From positions 1-64,000 of IMG/VR virus record IMGVR_UViG_3300021426_000094: 64,000 nucleotides of DNA; one strand, given 5' to 3'. Source of the DNA: a virus. Numbering within the stretch: position 1 is the stretch's first letter; every line of letters begins with the position of its first letter. Shown one piece after another: positions 37,916 to 46,994 of the stretch. The notes beneath the pieces are model-generated. The model searched no databases. It was not told the origin of the DNA and was given only the letters and a program-made list of their open reading frames with translations. The translations under genes were made by a program, and so were the position numbers.

Positions 37916-38230
37916 TCATCTTTGCACTGTCATGTAAGAGCCACAATGCCAACAATACGGAACTATCGCACTTTTAGAGTGTAAGTCTTTAGATTTACAC
38001 TCTGAGCATTCGTAAAGGTAGTTGTCGTTTACCACATCGTTAAGATCCTGTTTGTCGCATAGAATCCACTGTCCATATCTCACAGGTTCTACGTTTTCAG
38101 TTGGCGCATATTCTATAAAAGACTTCCACGCTTTAAGAGCATTAACGACATCATTGTTGCCACTGTCATCTCTCTGGATGATTTTGTCTACGCACTCAAT
38201 GGCAAAACTCTTTTTGATGTAATCAGCCAT
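37916..38230 (-). CDS. Zn-ribbon small protein, PV..G.W family member 2
   Basis: ENVEPVRYGQWIL followed by CSECK...YCWHCG. Confidence 0.4.
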   Translation of the reverse strand: MADYIKKSFAIECVDKIIQRDDSGNNDVVNALKAWKSFIEYAPTENVEPVRYGQWILCDKQDLNDVVNDNYLYECSECKSKDLHSKSAIVPYCWHCGSYMTVQR

Positions 38231-38480
38231 CGGTTTCCTCCTTCACAGGAATTTCTGATATAGCATCCCATAAATCGCTGTAATCGTTATACCCAATACC
38301 ATTTCTATTTCTGATTTCATCTAATATTCGCAAAACGTATTCTTTTTCACTCATATTACTCTCTTTTTTCTTCGTTAAACATCTCTTTACCATTTTCGCA
38401 GTAAAAGCATTACAATAAATATCATGCCCATCTTGTTGAATAGCAATATTCAGTTCTTCAATAAAATCAGATAATGTCAT
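38223..38480 (-). CDS. Small hypothetical protein
   Basis: 85 aa. Confidence 0.3.
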   Translation of the reverse strand: MTLSDFIEELNIAIQQDGHDIYCNAFTAKMVKRCLTKKKESNMSEKEYVLRILDEIRNRNGIGYNDYSDLWDAISEIPVKEETDG

Positions 38481-38764
38481 CCTTCTTTACCTCTTTTTTG
38501 ATTATTTATCAGTTCAAACATTGCATAAAAACCATCACACATCTTGTCAAAAAGAATTTTATCTTTCTCTGGTAAATTTTCAACTTTATCACTCACTTCT
38601 TTTATTGGGCACCACTTAGGTCTTGAATCTAAAGATACTTCAAAAGCAGTAATATCAAGTATTTCTTTTTCTTTAGACATAGGCATTCCGCAGATAAACA
38701 AATCATTATTTATCTGTTTCCTACTGGCGCATAAACCGCAATTAACTGGGACTTCAAATTTCAT
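38477..38764 (-). CDS. Small Cys-containing protein
   Basis: The start was reset to MKFEVPVNCGLC (GGAAGGAG RBS). The track's longer form overlaps the upstream gene. Confidence 0.35.
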   Translation of the reverse strand: MKFEVPVNCGLCASRKQINNDLFICGMPMSKEKEILDITAFEVSLDSRPKWCPIKEVSDKVENLPEKDKILFDKMCDGFYAMFELINNQKRGKEG

Positions 38765-39083
38765 ATGCGCTCTCCTTCCTTTCGCCGTAACTGCAAAAAT
38801 CATTTTTACCCCATGCATGCCCAAAACCTTGTCCGTCTTTGGCATAGCAATAACCGTAATTACCATCATTATCCTGCCAATATTCACACTCTCCACATCT
38901 GACCACAGGAGCCACAGCTGCGGCGGGAATGTCATGCAGTCCTTTATAAACATCTTTTGCTTTATACAAGCCTGTATCCGAGTTTGCTCCGTCAACAAGC
39001 TGTCCTATTCTGTTTACCTGATACCATGTCATGCTCTCGAAGAAGTTAATGGCATCCTCTCTGCTAATATAATCACTCTGCAT
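38754..39083 (-). CDS. Zn-ribbon small protein, PV..G.W family member 3
   Basis: The start was reset to MQSDYIS (GGGGAGGA RBS). AAAVAPVVRCGECEYW...YGYC is present. Confidence 0.4.
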   Translation of the reverse strand: MQSDYISREDAINFFESMTWYQVNRIGQLVDGANSDTGLYKAKDVYKGLHDIPAAAVAPVVRCGECEYWQDNDGNYGYCYAKDGQGFGHAWGKNDFCSYGERKESAYEI

Positions 39084-39321
39084 AATACAATCCTCCCCAA
39101 TGTGTTTCATCTTCTTGTACAAGCACTCTGTCAACTTTTATACCTCTCGGTATTGTAATTGTCAGTGTTCCGTCAGACTTAATTGAATATGGAATAACAC
39201 CTATTGCGGGAAGAGTTTTAATAGTAGGCATTGATTTAACAAGATTTGCTATCCGTTCACGGCTATCAAGTCTATTTCTCCATACATGCTCTATAAGTTC
39301 GTCAGCATCGATAACTCTCAT
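39073..39321 (-). CDS. Small hypothetical protein
   Basis: 82 aa. Confidence 0.3.
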   Translation of the reverse strand: MRVIDADELIEHVWRNRLDSRERIANLVKSMPTIKTLPAIGVIPYSIKSDGTLTITIPRGIKVDRVLVQEDETHWGGLYYAE

Positions 39322-39327
39322 AAATTC

Positions 39328-39591
39328 TTACTTCTTTCCACAAGCACAATAAAAATCAGGTTTTACTATTCCAGCCATAAACGGGTGTTCACACCAGTCA
39401 GAATATAAATCTTCATCATAAATATGGTATTTACAGTCTTTACATTTCACGATATTAATAGTTTCTATCTTCTCAATATCTTCTACATCTACTGCTTCTA
39501 CACCGCTAGGATAAGGATTTTGTACAGTATATCTATCACCATGCCAGTATGCTCCATCAAGTACGTCTTCCTTTTTTATATATTCAGCCAT
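39328..39591 (-). CDS. Zn-ribbon small protein, family member 4
   Basis: VDVEDIEKIETINIVKCKDCKYH...WCEHP...YCACG. Confidence 0.4.
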   Translation of the reverse strand: MAEYIKKEDVLDGAYWHGDRYTVQNPYPSGVEAVDVEDIEKIETINIVKCKDCKYHIYDEDLYSDWCEHPFMAGIVKPDFYCACGKK

Positions 39592-39997
39592 TTTCCTCTA
39601 ATTCCTCACATTCAATACTAAAAAGGCCGCTCCACATATTTGCATCTAGATTATCCCAATTATTTGGATTAGTCACTCGCTTTACTGTATTATATTCAGC
39701 TTTTGTAAGCATCATCGTTCCGCATGTGAAATCTTCAGCAGACAGGCACAAGTCACATTTATACTTATCATTTGTCCGCTCAGCCAGACCATATCCTAAT
39801 TCATCAAGCTGCTGGATAGCTACATCACGTTCCCAAACAACCTGACCTAGTACACACAATGCATTAATTGCCTGATCAAGTGCCTCAATTTTAGGATATG
39901 GTGGGTTCTTATATAACAGCGGATTAGATCGATATTCCAACATCAGGTCTTGTCTTAAATCATTTAACAATTTAATTGTATCTTGTTTATTTTTCAT
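39584..39997 (-). CDS. Hypothetical protein
   Basis: 137 aa. Confidence 0.35.
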   Translation of the reverse strand: MKNKQDTIKLLNDLRQDLMLEYRSNPLLYKNPPYPKIEALDQAINALCVLGQVVWERDVAIQQLDELGYGLAERTNDKYKCDLCLSAEDFTCGTMMLTKAEYNTVKRVTNPNNWDNLDANMWSGLFSIECEELEENG

Positions 39998-39998
39998 G

Positions 39999-40358
39999 TT
40001 AATAGCTGTCCTTTACTCTATATTTCCACATAATTCGTATAATACCGTATCTCTCGATATAATCATCTTCTGTAACTATCTTTAAATAAATAGTACGCCA
40101 TGTCACACCATGTTTAAAATCGTTATGTTCTTTTTGAATACGTGCGACAATCTTATTAGCAATTTTCATAGCCAATTCTTTATCAGTTGTATCAATATAG
40201 AAATCAAATACTTCTGTATAATGATAATGTTCATAATCCACACGGACGCCATCTACCATTAGCACTAAGCCAGTGGGCACCGTAATATTAGGTGGAATAT
40301 AAAATTGAATGTCATCTGCTTTAGTATCATGTTGCATATATTTTTCCCTCGTTTTCAT
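39999..40358 (-). CDS. Hypothetical protein
   Basis: 119 aa. Confidence 0.35.
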   Translation of the reverse strand: MKTREKYMQHDTKADDIQFYIPPNITVPTGLVLMVDGVRVDYEHYHYTEVFDFYIDTTDKELAMKIANKIVARIQKEHNDFKHGVTWRTIYLKIVTEDDYIERYGIIRIMWKYRVKDSY

Positions 40359-40557
40359 CTAATACGCCACGATCACAAAATCCTGCATCTACTGTATTAT
40401 CATGTATTATCCAGTCATGTTCCAAATAACCATCATCATCCCATTCCACATATTCTTCAAAACACATAGGACAATTATCTGTACATCTATTTTTACAATT
40501 TCTGCAATACACAATGTTCAAAACTTTATTTCTCCCTTTTTTAAGCGCCGACCACAA
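40327..40557 (-). CDS. Small Cys-rich protein
   Basis: CRNCKNRCTDNCPMC. Confidence 0.3.
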   Translation of the reverse strand: MWSALKKGRNKVLNIVYCRNCKNRCTDNCPMCFEEYVEWDDDGYLEHDWIIHDNTVDAGFCDRGVLDENEGKIYAT

Positions 40558-40826
40558 ATAGGACAGTAGTGAATATCTCTAATATAGTCAAAACCGATAC
40601 CACCATCCCAATCATTCATTTCATATAAAGTGTCACCATCTTCATGATTTGCGCAAAACTCACAATAATGATGTTTGTCTGTTTCAACATCAATAGTTGG
40701 TAATGAGCGGAATCGCTTGATATCTGCACATTCTTCATCAATTACACAAGGAGAAGGAGCGTAGCCACATTCAATCGAACAAAACATTTTAATAACATCA
40801 TCGAGTTTAACATATTTATCGGACAT
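40518..40826 (-). CDS. Zn-finger small protein
   Basis: CSIEC...CEFC...CPICG. Confidence 0.35.
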   Translation of the reverse strand: MSDKYVKLDDVIKMFCSIECGYAPSPCVIDEECADIKRFRSLPTIDVETDKHHYCEFCANHEDGDTLYEMNDWDGGIGFDYIRDIHYCPICGRRLKKGEIKF

Positions 40827-40869
40827 TTAATTATCACCTCTCATAATATAGCATATTTTTATGCTCATT

Positions 40870-41112
40870 TCAAGCCCTTTTATATTTCCCAATTGACCCA
40901 TCTTCAAATTCAATCATAATATATTCAGGATACTTTTGTTCTTTATAAAACTTATATCCTGTAATTGGTTTCCTTGCTTTTGGTAAGATGTGTGCAGCCT
41001 CACATTTTTCTGCGGCAGACCGATCTCTATATACAATGCCACAGATTTCACACTGATATTGATTAAGTTCTTTCATATTATATATCCTCATTACCACCTT
41101 ATAATAACCCAC
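40870..41112 (-). CDS. Small Cys protein
   Basis: CEICG...CEAAH. Confidence 0.3.
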   Translation of the reverse strand: MGYYKVVMRIYNMKELNQYQCEICGIVYRDRSAAEKCEAAHILPKARKPITGYKFYKEQKYPEYIMIEFEDGSIGKYKRA

Positions 41113-41318
41113 GGCTGATTGTACTGATTTCCTGTCTGCACATCATAGCCCAATTCTTTAAGCTTCTTTATCTGAAGAGCGGTCAATGATCCTTCAAAAG
41201 AATATTCAAATTCCCCTTGTTTTGCGCATTCTTCCATCCGTTCTACCATTTCTCCAATATGAGAATCAATAAATTTTTCTGCTATTTCTCGCATCATGGC
41301 AGCTGTTTTAAAACTCAT
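41091..41318 (-). CDS. LGY...W small-protein family, member 1
   Basis: 75 aa. Ends KELGYDVQTGNQYNQPWVIIRW. Confidence 0.45.
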   Translation of the reverse strand: MSFKTAAMMREIAEKFIDSHIGEMVERMEECAKQGEFEYSFEGSLTALQIKKLKELGYDVQTGNQYNQPWVIIRW

Positions 41319-41327
41319 ATCTTCACC

Positions 41328-41555
41328 TCACCATTCAACTACAAACCAATGATTTTCAGCGTTCTGTCCGGTTGTTACCTTAAATCCTAACAATTTTAAC
41401 AATTTATTTTCATCCTTTGTAAGAATGTCATAGCAAGCATAGTTGTAATACCCGTTTAATGCGCGCTCTTTAATTTCTTTTAAAATATTATCACCTTCTT
41501 CATATTCATTAACTATATCAGCTACCCTTCTTAAATTTTCTGCTGTAACACTCAT
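41328..41555 (-). CDS. LGY...W family, member 2
   Basis: 75 aa. Ends KLLGFKVTTGQNAENHWFVVEW. Confidence 0.45.
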   Translation of the reverse strand: MSVTAENLRRVADIVNEYEEGDNILKEIKERALNGYYNYACYDILTKDENKLLKLLGFKVTTGQNAENHWFVVEW

Positions 41556-41564
41556 ATCGATACC

Positions 41565-41816
41565 TCACCACCCAATCTTCGTAAAGGTCTTATCGCATAT
41601 CTTTCGCACATCAACTATATAGCCCATTCTTCTTAATTGCTCTATAGTCGGTTCGCTTAGTTCACCCTGAAAGCCATATACAAAATTACCTTGCTTTGCC
41701 TGTTTATAGATACCCTCAAGCACGTAATCTTCAAATTCATGCGGCTCAATATATGAAGAGGCCAATTCGTGCATTCTGTTAGCTGACTCTAATCTCACCA
41801 TTCGATCACCACCCAT
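41565..41816 (-). CDS. LGY...W family, member 3
   Basis: 83 aa. Ends RRMGYIVDVRKICDKTFTKIGW. Confidence 0.45.
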   Translation of the reverse strand: MGGDRMVRLESANRMHELASSYIEPHEFEDYVLEGIYKQAKQGNFVYGFQGELSEPTIEQLRRMGYIVDVRKICDKTFTKIGW

Positions 41817-42031
41817 CTAACATCACTTTGGCTCTCAGTTACCGTATAGCCCAGTATTCTTAATGCAGCAATTGTTTCAGGTGAAATATGACTCGTTACA
41901 TAATAAGAATACTCATCAAGTGCTCGTTTCCTAATATTATTATAAATACTAGTATCTATAAGCTGTGTTTTCATTACTTTAGTTACTGCATGCATATCTC
42001 GTGCATTTAATACATTATCTTTCAAACTCAT
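41795..42031 (-). CDS. LGY...W family, member 4
   Basis: 78 aa. Ends RILGYTVTESQSDVRWVVIEW. Confidence 0.45.
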   Translation of the reverse strand: MSLKDNVLNARDMHAVTKVMKTQLIDTSIYNNIRKRALDEYSYYVTSHISPETIAALRILGYTVTESQSDVRWVVIEW

Positions 42032-42335
42032 CTTGTAACTCCCATCTGTTTGTCTTAATTATTCTATCCCAATTGTCCTCGACCACAGGTCGGATCACAT
42101 GTATCTGTTCATTGGTCAGGTGACGCTTAAAATTAAATAAGAATCCGTGTTCTTTAAATGTCACACAATGAATTTCACACCAGCCCATATCAAGCAGCGT
42201 CTCTTCAGGATGTGGCGTCCATTCTCCAATTAATTCGTCAGCGGTCGCTAGGTGTTCCATGTAATCACATGGGTAAAAATCACCGTTCGGTGCAAGCCAG
42301 CCTGTGTCCAATTCTGTAAAAGGTTGTTTATTCAA
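42015..42335 (-). CDS. Hypothetical protein
   Basis: 106 aa. Confidence 0.35.
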   Translation of the reverse strand: MNKQPFTELDTGWLAPNGDFYPCDYMEHLATADELIGEWTPHPEETLLDMGWCEIHCVTFKEHGFLFNFKRHLTNEQIHVIRPVVEDNWDRIIKTNRWELQDEFER

Positions 42336-42777
42336 TGTGTAAATTCTCCTTCATCCACTGATCATTTTCTTCTTGTTTCGCCGCTAAATCTCGCTGTAAT
42401 TCTTTGATTAAATTTGCCTGAATTTCCGTCCGTTTCATTTTTTCTTTCTGCTTTTTGTAGCGTTTAATAAATTTTCTATATTTACAATAATCAAAATATG
42501 TTTTAAATGAAACGCCCTTATATTTGTAATTAACACTAAATTCATTTAACCCAAAATTTTCTGGCATTATACTATATAAAGAATAAAATTCTTTAAATGT
42601 CAATTCAGGATTATCCCAATTTTTTATATAACGTTCCCAATCATGTATAGAATTGCGCAACTTAACTGTTAAAATAATTGCGCCTATTATTAACAACCAT
42701 AACCACCACAGTTCAATTTTGCAAAAAACAGCTAATAATAACATAATTTCTATAATAAGTAATATGTTTATTTTCAT
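42328..42777 (-). CDS. Membrane protein, cassette copy 1
   Basis: The start was reset to MKINILL (GAGG RBS). Two TM helices are followed by a basic, coiled-coil tail. It is a paralog of 43963..44403. Confidence 0.45.
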   Translation of the reverse strand: MKINILLIIEIMLLLAVFCKIELWWLWLLIIGAIILTVKLRNSIHDWERYIKNWDNPELTFKEFYSLYSIMPENFGLNEFSVNYKYKGVSFKTYFDYCKYRKFIKRYKKQKEKMKRTEIQANLIKELQRDLAAKQEENDQWMKENLHIE

Positions 42778-42788
42778 GTTAACCTCAT

Positions 42789-43472
42789 TTACATCCAATA
42801 ATTAATAGCCTCTTGCTGTTCCATAAAAAAGTGAATGCCGGGCGCACATTCATGCCAGCGATTTTCATCAAAGTCTGGAACCGTCACAATTTTTCGTGGT
42901 TCGTAAGTAAATCCATAATCATAACTCGAAAATGCTTTACCTACATAATTACCATCTAATGTACGAATATCCAGAACTTGTGCTTTACTACATCTACATT
43001 TACGAGAAAAACCGCTACTACGTCTTGCTTCTGTCGGTATCAATAACTTAATAATACAAGGTCGCATTTCATATGTGCCATCAATGGTGCCATCAATGTG
43101 TAACTGAGGATACAATCCCATTTTCCATCCTATAAAAGCACCTTTTGTTGGGCATACAGTAGGTACATAAGGTTCTGATCCAATAAAATGACAGTTGTTT
43201 ACATATGCATCAAAAATTCCTATATAAGTACAATTACGAAAAATGCAATTTCTAAAAATTAAAGATGTATTATTTTGATTAAAAACGCAATACTCAAAAA
43301 TACAATATCTAAAAATAATGGAACAATTTCTATCAAGAAGAGCGCATATATCTGTTGTAAATGAGCCAAAATTGAAACCTATAAAATGGCATTTATCATA
43401 TAACGTATCAATTGAAGTATTCTTGAATGCGTGTGAATAAGAAGGAAATATCGTTTTGTTTTTAATAATCAT
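42789..43472 (-). CDS. Pentapeptide-repeat-like (CxFxxCxF) protein, cassette copy 1
   Basis: Repeats such as NCSIIFRYCIFEYCVFNQNNTSLIFRNCIFRNCTY are present. A conserved GIHFFMEQQEAINYW C-terminus is shared with its paralog 44400..45002. Confidence 0.5.
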   Translation of the reverse strand: MIIKNKTIFPSYSHAFKNTSIDTLYDKCHFIGFNFGSFTTDICALLDRNCSIIFRYCIFEYCVFNQNNTSLIFRNCIFRNCTYIGIFDAYVNNCHFIGSEPYVPTVCPTKGAFIGWKMGLYPQLHIDGTIDGTYEMRPCIIKLLIPTEARRSSGFSRKCRCSKAQVLDIRTLDGNYVGKAFSSYDYGFTYEPRKIVTVPDFDENRWHECAPGIHFFMEQQEAINYWM

Positions 43473-43475
43473 AAT

Positions 43476-43777
43476 TTAATTATAACTCCTTTCAGGTAGC
43501 GCCAACAGCCTTGAGATCGACATCGTTGCCCAATGTCTATAATTATTCGAACCTCCGCAATCCTCGTCAGGCCATACAATAGGACAGTGTTCACATATCT
43601 CAGATGCATATTCACATAGAAAACAATAATTACATAAATTATTAAATCCATGATCGATGCACCAGTTCGCTTTATATTGCACCCTATCAGACGGCGATGG
43701 ACAGTCACCCAAATCCCGTTGCATGTCGCCCCACATCTGACGGTGATAGGAGAGTGCTTGCTCTTTAGTTAATTTCA
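43476..43777 (-). CDS. Cys-rich protein between the cassette copies
   Basis: The start was reset to MKLTKEQ (AGAGGGG RBS). CNYCFLCEYASEICEHC is present. Confidence 0.4.
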
Positions 43778-43782
43778 TTTCA

Positions 43783-43962
43783 TCACCCCTCTGCAGCCGC
43801 TTCAACGATTAGTACCATATATTGTATTACTATGCCAAATAATATTGGAAAGAAAATAGCAAAAAAGTCTCTAACGTCTTTTGGGTTTATAAATACTATA
43901 TTTGATATCACCCATGCCAAAATAATAGTTGCCGTCATAAATTCAATATGTATTCGTTTCAT
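43783..43962 (-). CDS. Small two-TM membrane peptide (59 aa)
   Basis: Not in the ORF track. Its ATG is adjacent to the upstream stop, and a hydrophobic core is present. Confidence 0.35.
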   Translation of the reverse strand: MKRIHIEFMTATIILAWVISNIVFINPKDVRDFFAIFFPILFGIVIQYMVLIVEAAAEG

Positions 43963-44403
43963 TTAATTTAGATGCTCCTTCATAAAGTAATCAATGTCTG
44001 CTTGCTCTCGTGCTAGTCCTCGCTGAAGATTGGCTATTAGCTCTGTCTGACGTTCAAGCTGCTCCTGCTGAATCTGACGTTTCTCAATATTTTTATGAAA
44101 ATGTCGATACCGCATTACATCAATAAACGTCTTGAAGTCTACAGCGCTATCACTATATCTTATGTCATAATCATTAAGTATAAAATCTTCTGGCATTACA
44201 TGATATAAAGCAATGAACTGGCGGTAGGTGATTTTCGGAGTGGTGGAGCAGACTATATTCCACCAACTTGTATAAAACCATAATAGCACTAGATCAATGA
44301 CCCAAATTATAATCATCATTAAAAGTGCAAACCCATTACCCGTACAAAGGGTAAGAACTGCGGGTGCTATAAAAAAGAATACGAATATAATTATAGCTAT
44401 CAT
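43963..44403 (-). CDS. Membrane protein, cassette copy 2
   Basis: The start was reset to MIAIIIF (AAGGAG RBS). It is a paralog of 42328..42777 (YRQFIALYHVMPEDF versus FKEFYSLYSIMPENF). Confidence 0.45.
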   Translation of the reverse strand: MIAIIIFVFFFIAPAVLTLCTGNGFALLMMIIIWVIDLVLLWFYTSWWNIVCSTTPKITYRQFIALYHVMPEDFILNDYDIRYSDSAVDFKTFIDVMRYRHFHKNIEKRQIQQEQLERQTELIANLQRGLAREQADIDYFMKEHLN

Positions 44404-45002
44404 AGATTCTCCTTGTAATAATTCACTGCTTCTTGCCGCTCCATAAAGAAATGAATACCATGTGAACATGCGTAGCTCCTGTCATCATCAAATTGATCAG
44501 GATACACCCATTCGTTAATTTTATAATAAAAATCAGGCGACCACCGAGAACAAGTAACCTCATTCTCTGCTGGTGTCCCATCCATATTTTGAATCTCCAA
44601 TACAAATGCCTTATCACATCGGCATTTGCGCTCTCCATAAGGCGAAACTCGCCTTGCATCAGCTGGGATCAGCAGCTTAATTAACTGCCCATTACAATCT
44701 ACTTTCCAACCGATAAATGCACCCTCAACTGGACAGACATAGGGAATATAAGGTTGATTACCAAGAAAGTCACAGTCTATTACATGGGCGTTAAATGTAT
44801 TCTTAAATGTGCAATTTATAAAAATACAGTTCATAAAAAATATAGGAAACGATTCATCGAATGTACAATATTCAAATACACAAGATGAAAAAGTAAATGG
44901 CAGATACCATTTCCTAAAATGAACTCCAATAAAATGACAATGCGTATAAGTATCAGGTATATAAGGATAAGTACCCGGAAAATATTTCTTATCTGTTATC
45001 AT
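44400..45002 (-). CDS. Pentapeptide-repeat-like protein, cassette copy 2
   Basis: A paralog of 42789..43472. It shares LIKLLIP(T/A)(E/D)ARR...RKCRC...GIHFFME(Q/R)QEA(I/V)NY. Confidence 0.5.
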   Translation of the reverse strand: MITDKKYFPGTYPYIPDTYTHCHFIGVHFRKWYLPFTFSSCVFEYCTFDESFPIFFMNCIFINCTFKNTFNAHVIDCDFLGNQPYIPYVCPVEGAFIGWKVDCNGQLIKLLIPADARRVSPYGERKCRCDKAFVLEIQNMDGTPAENEVTCSRWSPDFYYKINEWVYPDQFDDDRSYACSHGIHFFMERQEAVNYYKENL

Positions 45003-45017
45003 TTAATTTATGCCCCC

Positions 45018-45254
45018 TTATTCCCAACTAATACAATATTCTGGCATATTATATTGATTACCTGTAACAATATCATAGCCCAGTTCTTCCAATTTTTTTC
45101 GAACTGCTGGTCGCAACACCCCATCCCCATAATATTTATAATATCCCTGAGCCGAATCTTTATCGATGTTTTCCATTATTTCATTAAATTGGGACTGTTC
45201 ATATTTAGATATAGCTGCTTTTGCACGCTGACGTGCCTGTTCTGCTGTTATCAT
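45018..45254 (-). CDS. LGY...W family, member 5
   Basis: 78 aa. Ends EELGYDIVTGNQYNMPEYCISWE. Confidence 0.45.
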   Translation of the reverse strand: MITAEQARQRAKAAISKYEQSQFNEIMENIDKDSAQGYYKYYGDGVLRPAVRKKLEELGYDIVTGNQYNMPEYCISWE

Positions 45255-45269
45255 TTATTTTTACCCCTC

Positions 45270-45524
45270 CTACCATATAATATATGTTACATAACCACTG
45301 TCTGTCCAAGATGACGAATGTGTGGTTATTGTATAACCAAGGTCTTCAAATGTACTTTTTACAAAAGGAGAAAGTTCATCATAATATTCACACGATGTTT
45401 CACCTTTAACAACAGCTTCTCCAATTTTATTATTAACGGTTTCGATCTCGTCCTTATAACGATATATCATTGAATATTCTCGTGCTTTTTCTGCGCTGTA
45501 CAATTCGTTCATACTTTCTCCCAA
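45270..45524 (-). CDS. LGY...W family, member 6
   Basis: 84 aa. Ends EDLGYTITTHSSSWTDSGYVTYIIW. Confidence 0.45.
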   Translation of the reverse strand: MGESMNELYSAEKAREYSMIYRYKDEIETVNNKIGEAVVKGETSCEYYDELSPFVKSTFEDLGYTITTHSSSWTDSGYVTYIIW

Positions 45525-45739
45525 TTAATATATGTAATACAACCACTGTGCAAACTAATAATTCCTACATTATAACCCATGTCTATTAATATCTGTTCAG
45601 TGGCTTCGCTGATCTCTTCTTCGATTAGACAACATGTCGTGTGCTTTTCTGCTGCAGTCCTGATTTTGTCTTCAATATATTTTAATTCTTCTGGATCAAC
45701 ACCTTGTGCGATTTTATATGCGTCTATTGCTGATAGCAT
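45509..45739 (-). CDS. LGY...W family, member 7
   Basis: 76 aa. Ends IDMGYNVGIISLHSGCITYINWEKV. Confidence 0.45.
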   Translation of the reverse strand: MLSAIDAYKIAQGVDPEELKYIEDKIRTAAEKHTTCCLIEEEISEATEQILIDMGYNVGIISLHSGCITYINWEKV

Positions 45740-45854
45740 TTTATTTACCCCCCCCCTATCATCTTATTTACCATCGAGTACAGAATTCGTTTGCTAAACA
45801 AATAATAATTAAATAACGATGCTGATAGTATGGTAGCGTAAAATGCGCCCACTG

Positions 45855-46820
45855 TCAAGTACTTTTAATATAAGTATCTGCACACAGATTTATGAGTGGT
45901 GACTTAATCGGCTTACTCGTTGCCAGTGCCCAGCTATTAGCCCATGCCACCATCATTTGGTTCAATGATACCCCGGCCTCTTCAAGCTTGCGGGTATCCC
46001 GCTCAATCTGCCGCTCCATTCCCTCTTTTGTAAATACTATTTTGATGCAGTCAAATATTTGAAGGTCTGGGTCTGCCGACAGATGATGCAGCCGATAAAG
46101 CTGTGCCGCACACTCTTTATAGAAGCGGTCGTATAGATCAGACCTAAATACCAATTGTCCCAGATTATCCAACCCCAGTCGATCAAGTTCATTTCGCCGC
46201 ACCCCCATTATAATGTCGGCCTCATCATCAGTCGCAATTCGTGTAGTCCCGAACTCTTTAATAAGAAAACAATCAGAATATAAAATAAAAGACTGCTGTT
46301 GAAGACGGACTAGCGCACGCCTGAATATATTATTTAATTGCGAGTACGACTGACGGAAGAATGTCTGTATATTATATTGAATAACATCTTCAGGCAGTTT
46401 CCCAAATGGATAAAGTGGTGTCAGATCGACTGAAGCTGGAAATTGAGTGGTCTTATGAGAAAGTGACAGGTATTCAGGGTTGACCATATTAAGCTGCTCC
46501 CACCATTTCTTACGTCCCAGAACGGCTGTATTATTTTCCTGTTGAAGAAGATAATTTAGGAGCAATATTTTAATCAACTTATCATATTTAGTGCTGCGCT
46601 CATCTGGAAGAGGATGAGAATATATTTCAGTTATATAATAGAGGCAGTCCTTGGGATCATAGACAAAGGACGCAAACTGGGACAGACGTCTGTTAAATGC
46701 TGTTCTGGAGTTACCGCCTAATTTTGGCTGATCAAATACTTTATAAATTTCAGTAGAAGAGTAGATAGTGTCAGGGATTAATTTTTGGACAGTTTCTTGT
46801 GTAATGTTATAATCTTTCAT
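45855..46820 (-). CDS. First gene of the leftward unit. Hypothetical 321-aa protein, regulator candidate by position.
   Basis: The start was reset to MKDYNITQE (AAAGGAG RBS). It is adjacent to the divergent control region. Confidence 0.45.
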   Translation of the reverse strand: MKDYNITQETVQKLIPDTIYSSTEIYKVFDQPKLGGNSRTAFNRRLSQFASFVYDPKDCLYYITEIYSHPLPDERSTKYDKLIKILLLNYLLQQENNTAVLGRKKWWEQLNMVNPEYLSLSHKTTQFPASVDLTPLYPFGKLPEDVIQYNIQTFFRQSYSQLNNIFRRALVRLQQQSFILYSDCFLIKEFGTTRIATDDEADIIMGVRRNELDRLGLDNLGQLVFRSDLYDRFYKECAAQLYRLHHLSADPDLQIFDCIKIVFTKEGMERQIERDTRKLEEAGVSLNQMMVAWANSWALATSKPIKSPLINLCADTYIKST

Positions 46821-46932
46821 ATTTTTATTACTCCTTTCGTTTGTATTGTACAAAATAAGGTAAAGGGCGTGAATCACCTTATTTTAATTAGTGTTTTTAT
46901 ATGGACACTCAAAAAGTCCAATGTTTTCAGTA

Positions 46933-46994
46933 GGGGGTGTACAAAATTTGAATATAGTAAATACTCTTACTATATTCATTTTTCGTACACCCCC
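46933..46994. promoter_or_regulatory. Large imperfect palindrome/hairpin (28-bp arms) followed by a GGGTTTTTT run
   Basis: GGGGGTGTACAAAATTTGAATATAGTAA-ATACTC-TTACTATATTCATTTTTCGTACACCCCC. Candidate operator, origin element or plus-oriented terminator in the divergent intergenic region. Confidence 0.4.

Noticed and set aside
38544-39158. 204-aa plus-strand ORF
   Set aside because: It is antisense to three minus-strand Zn-ribbon genes with RBSs. It has no start context.
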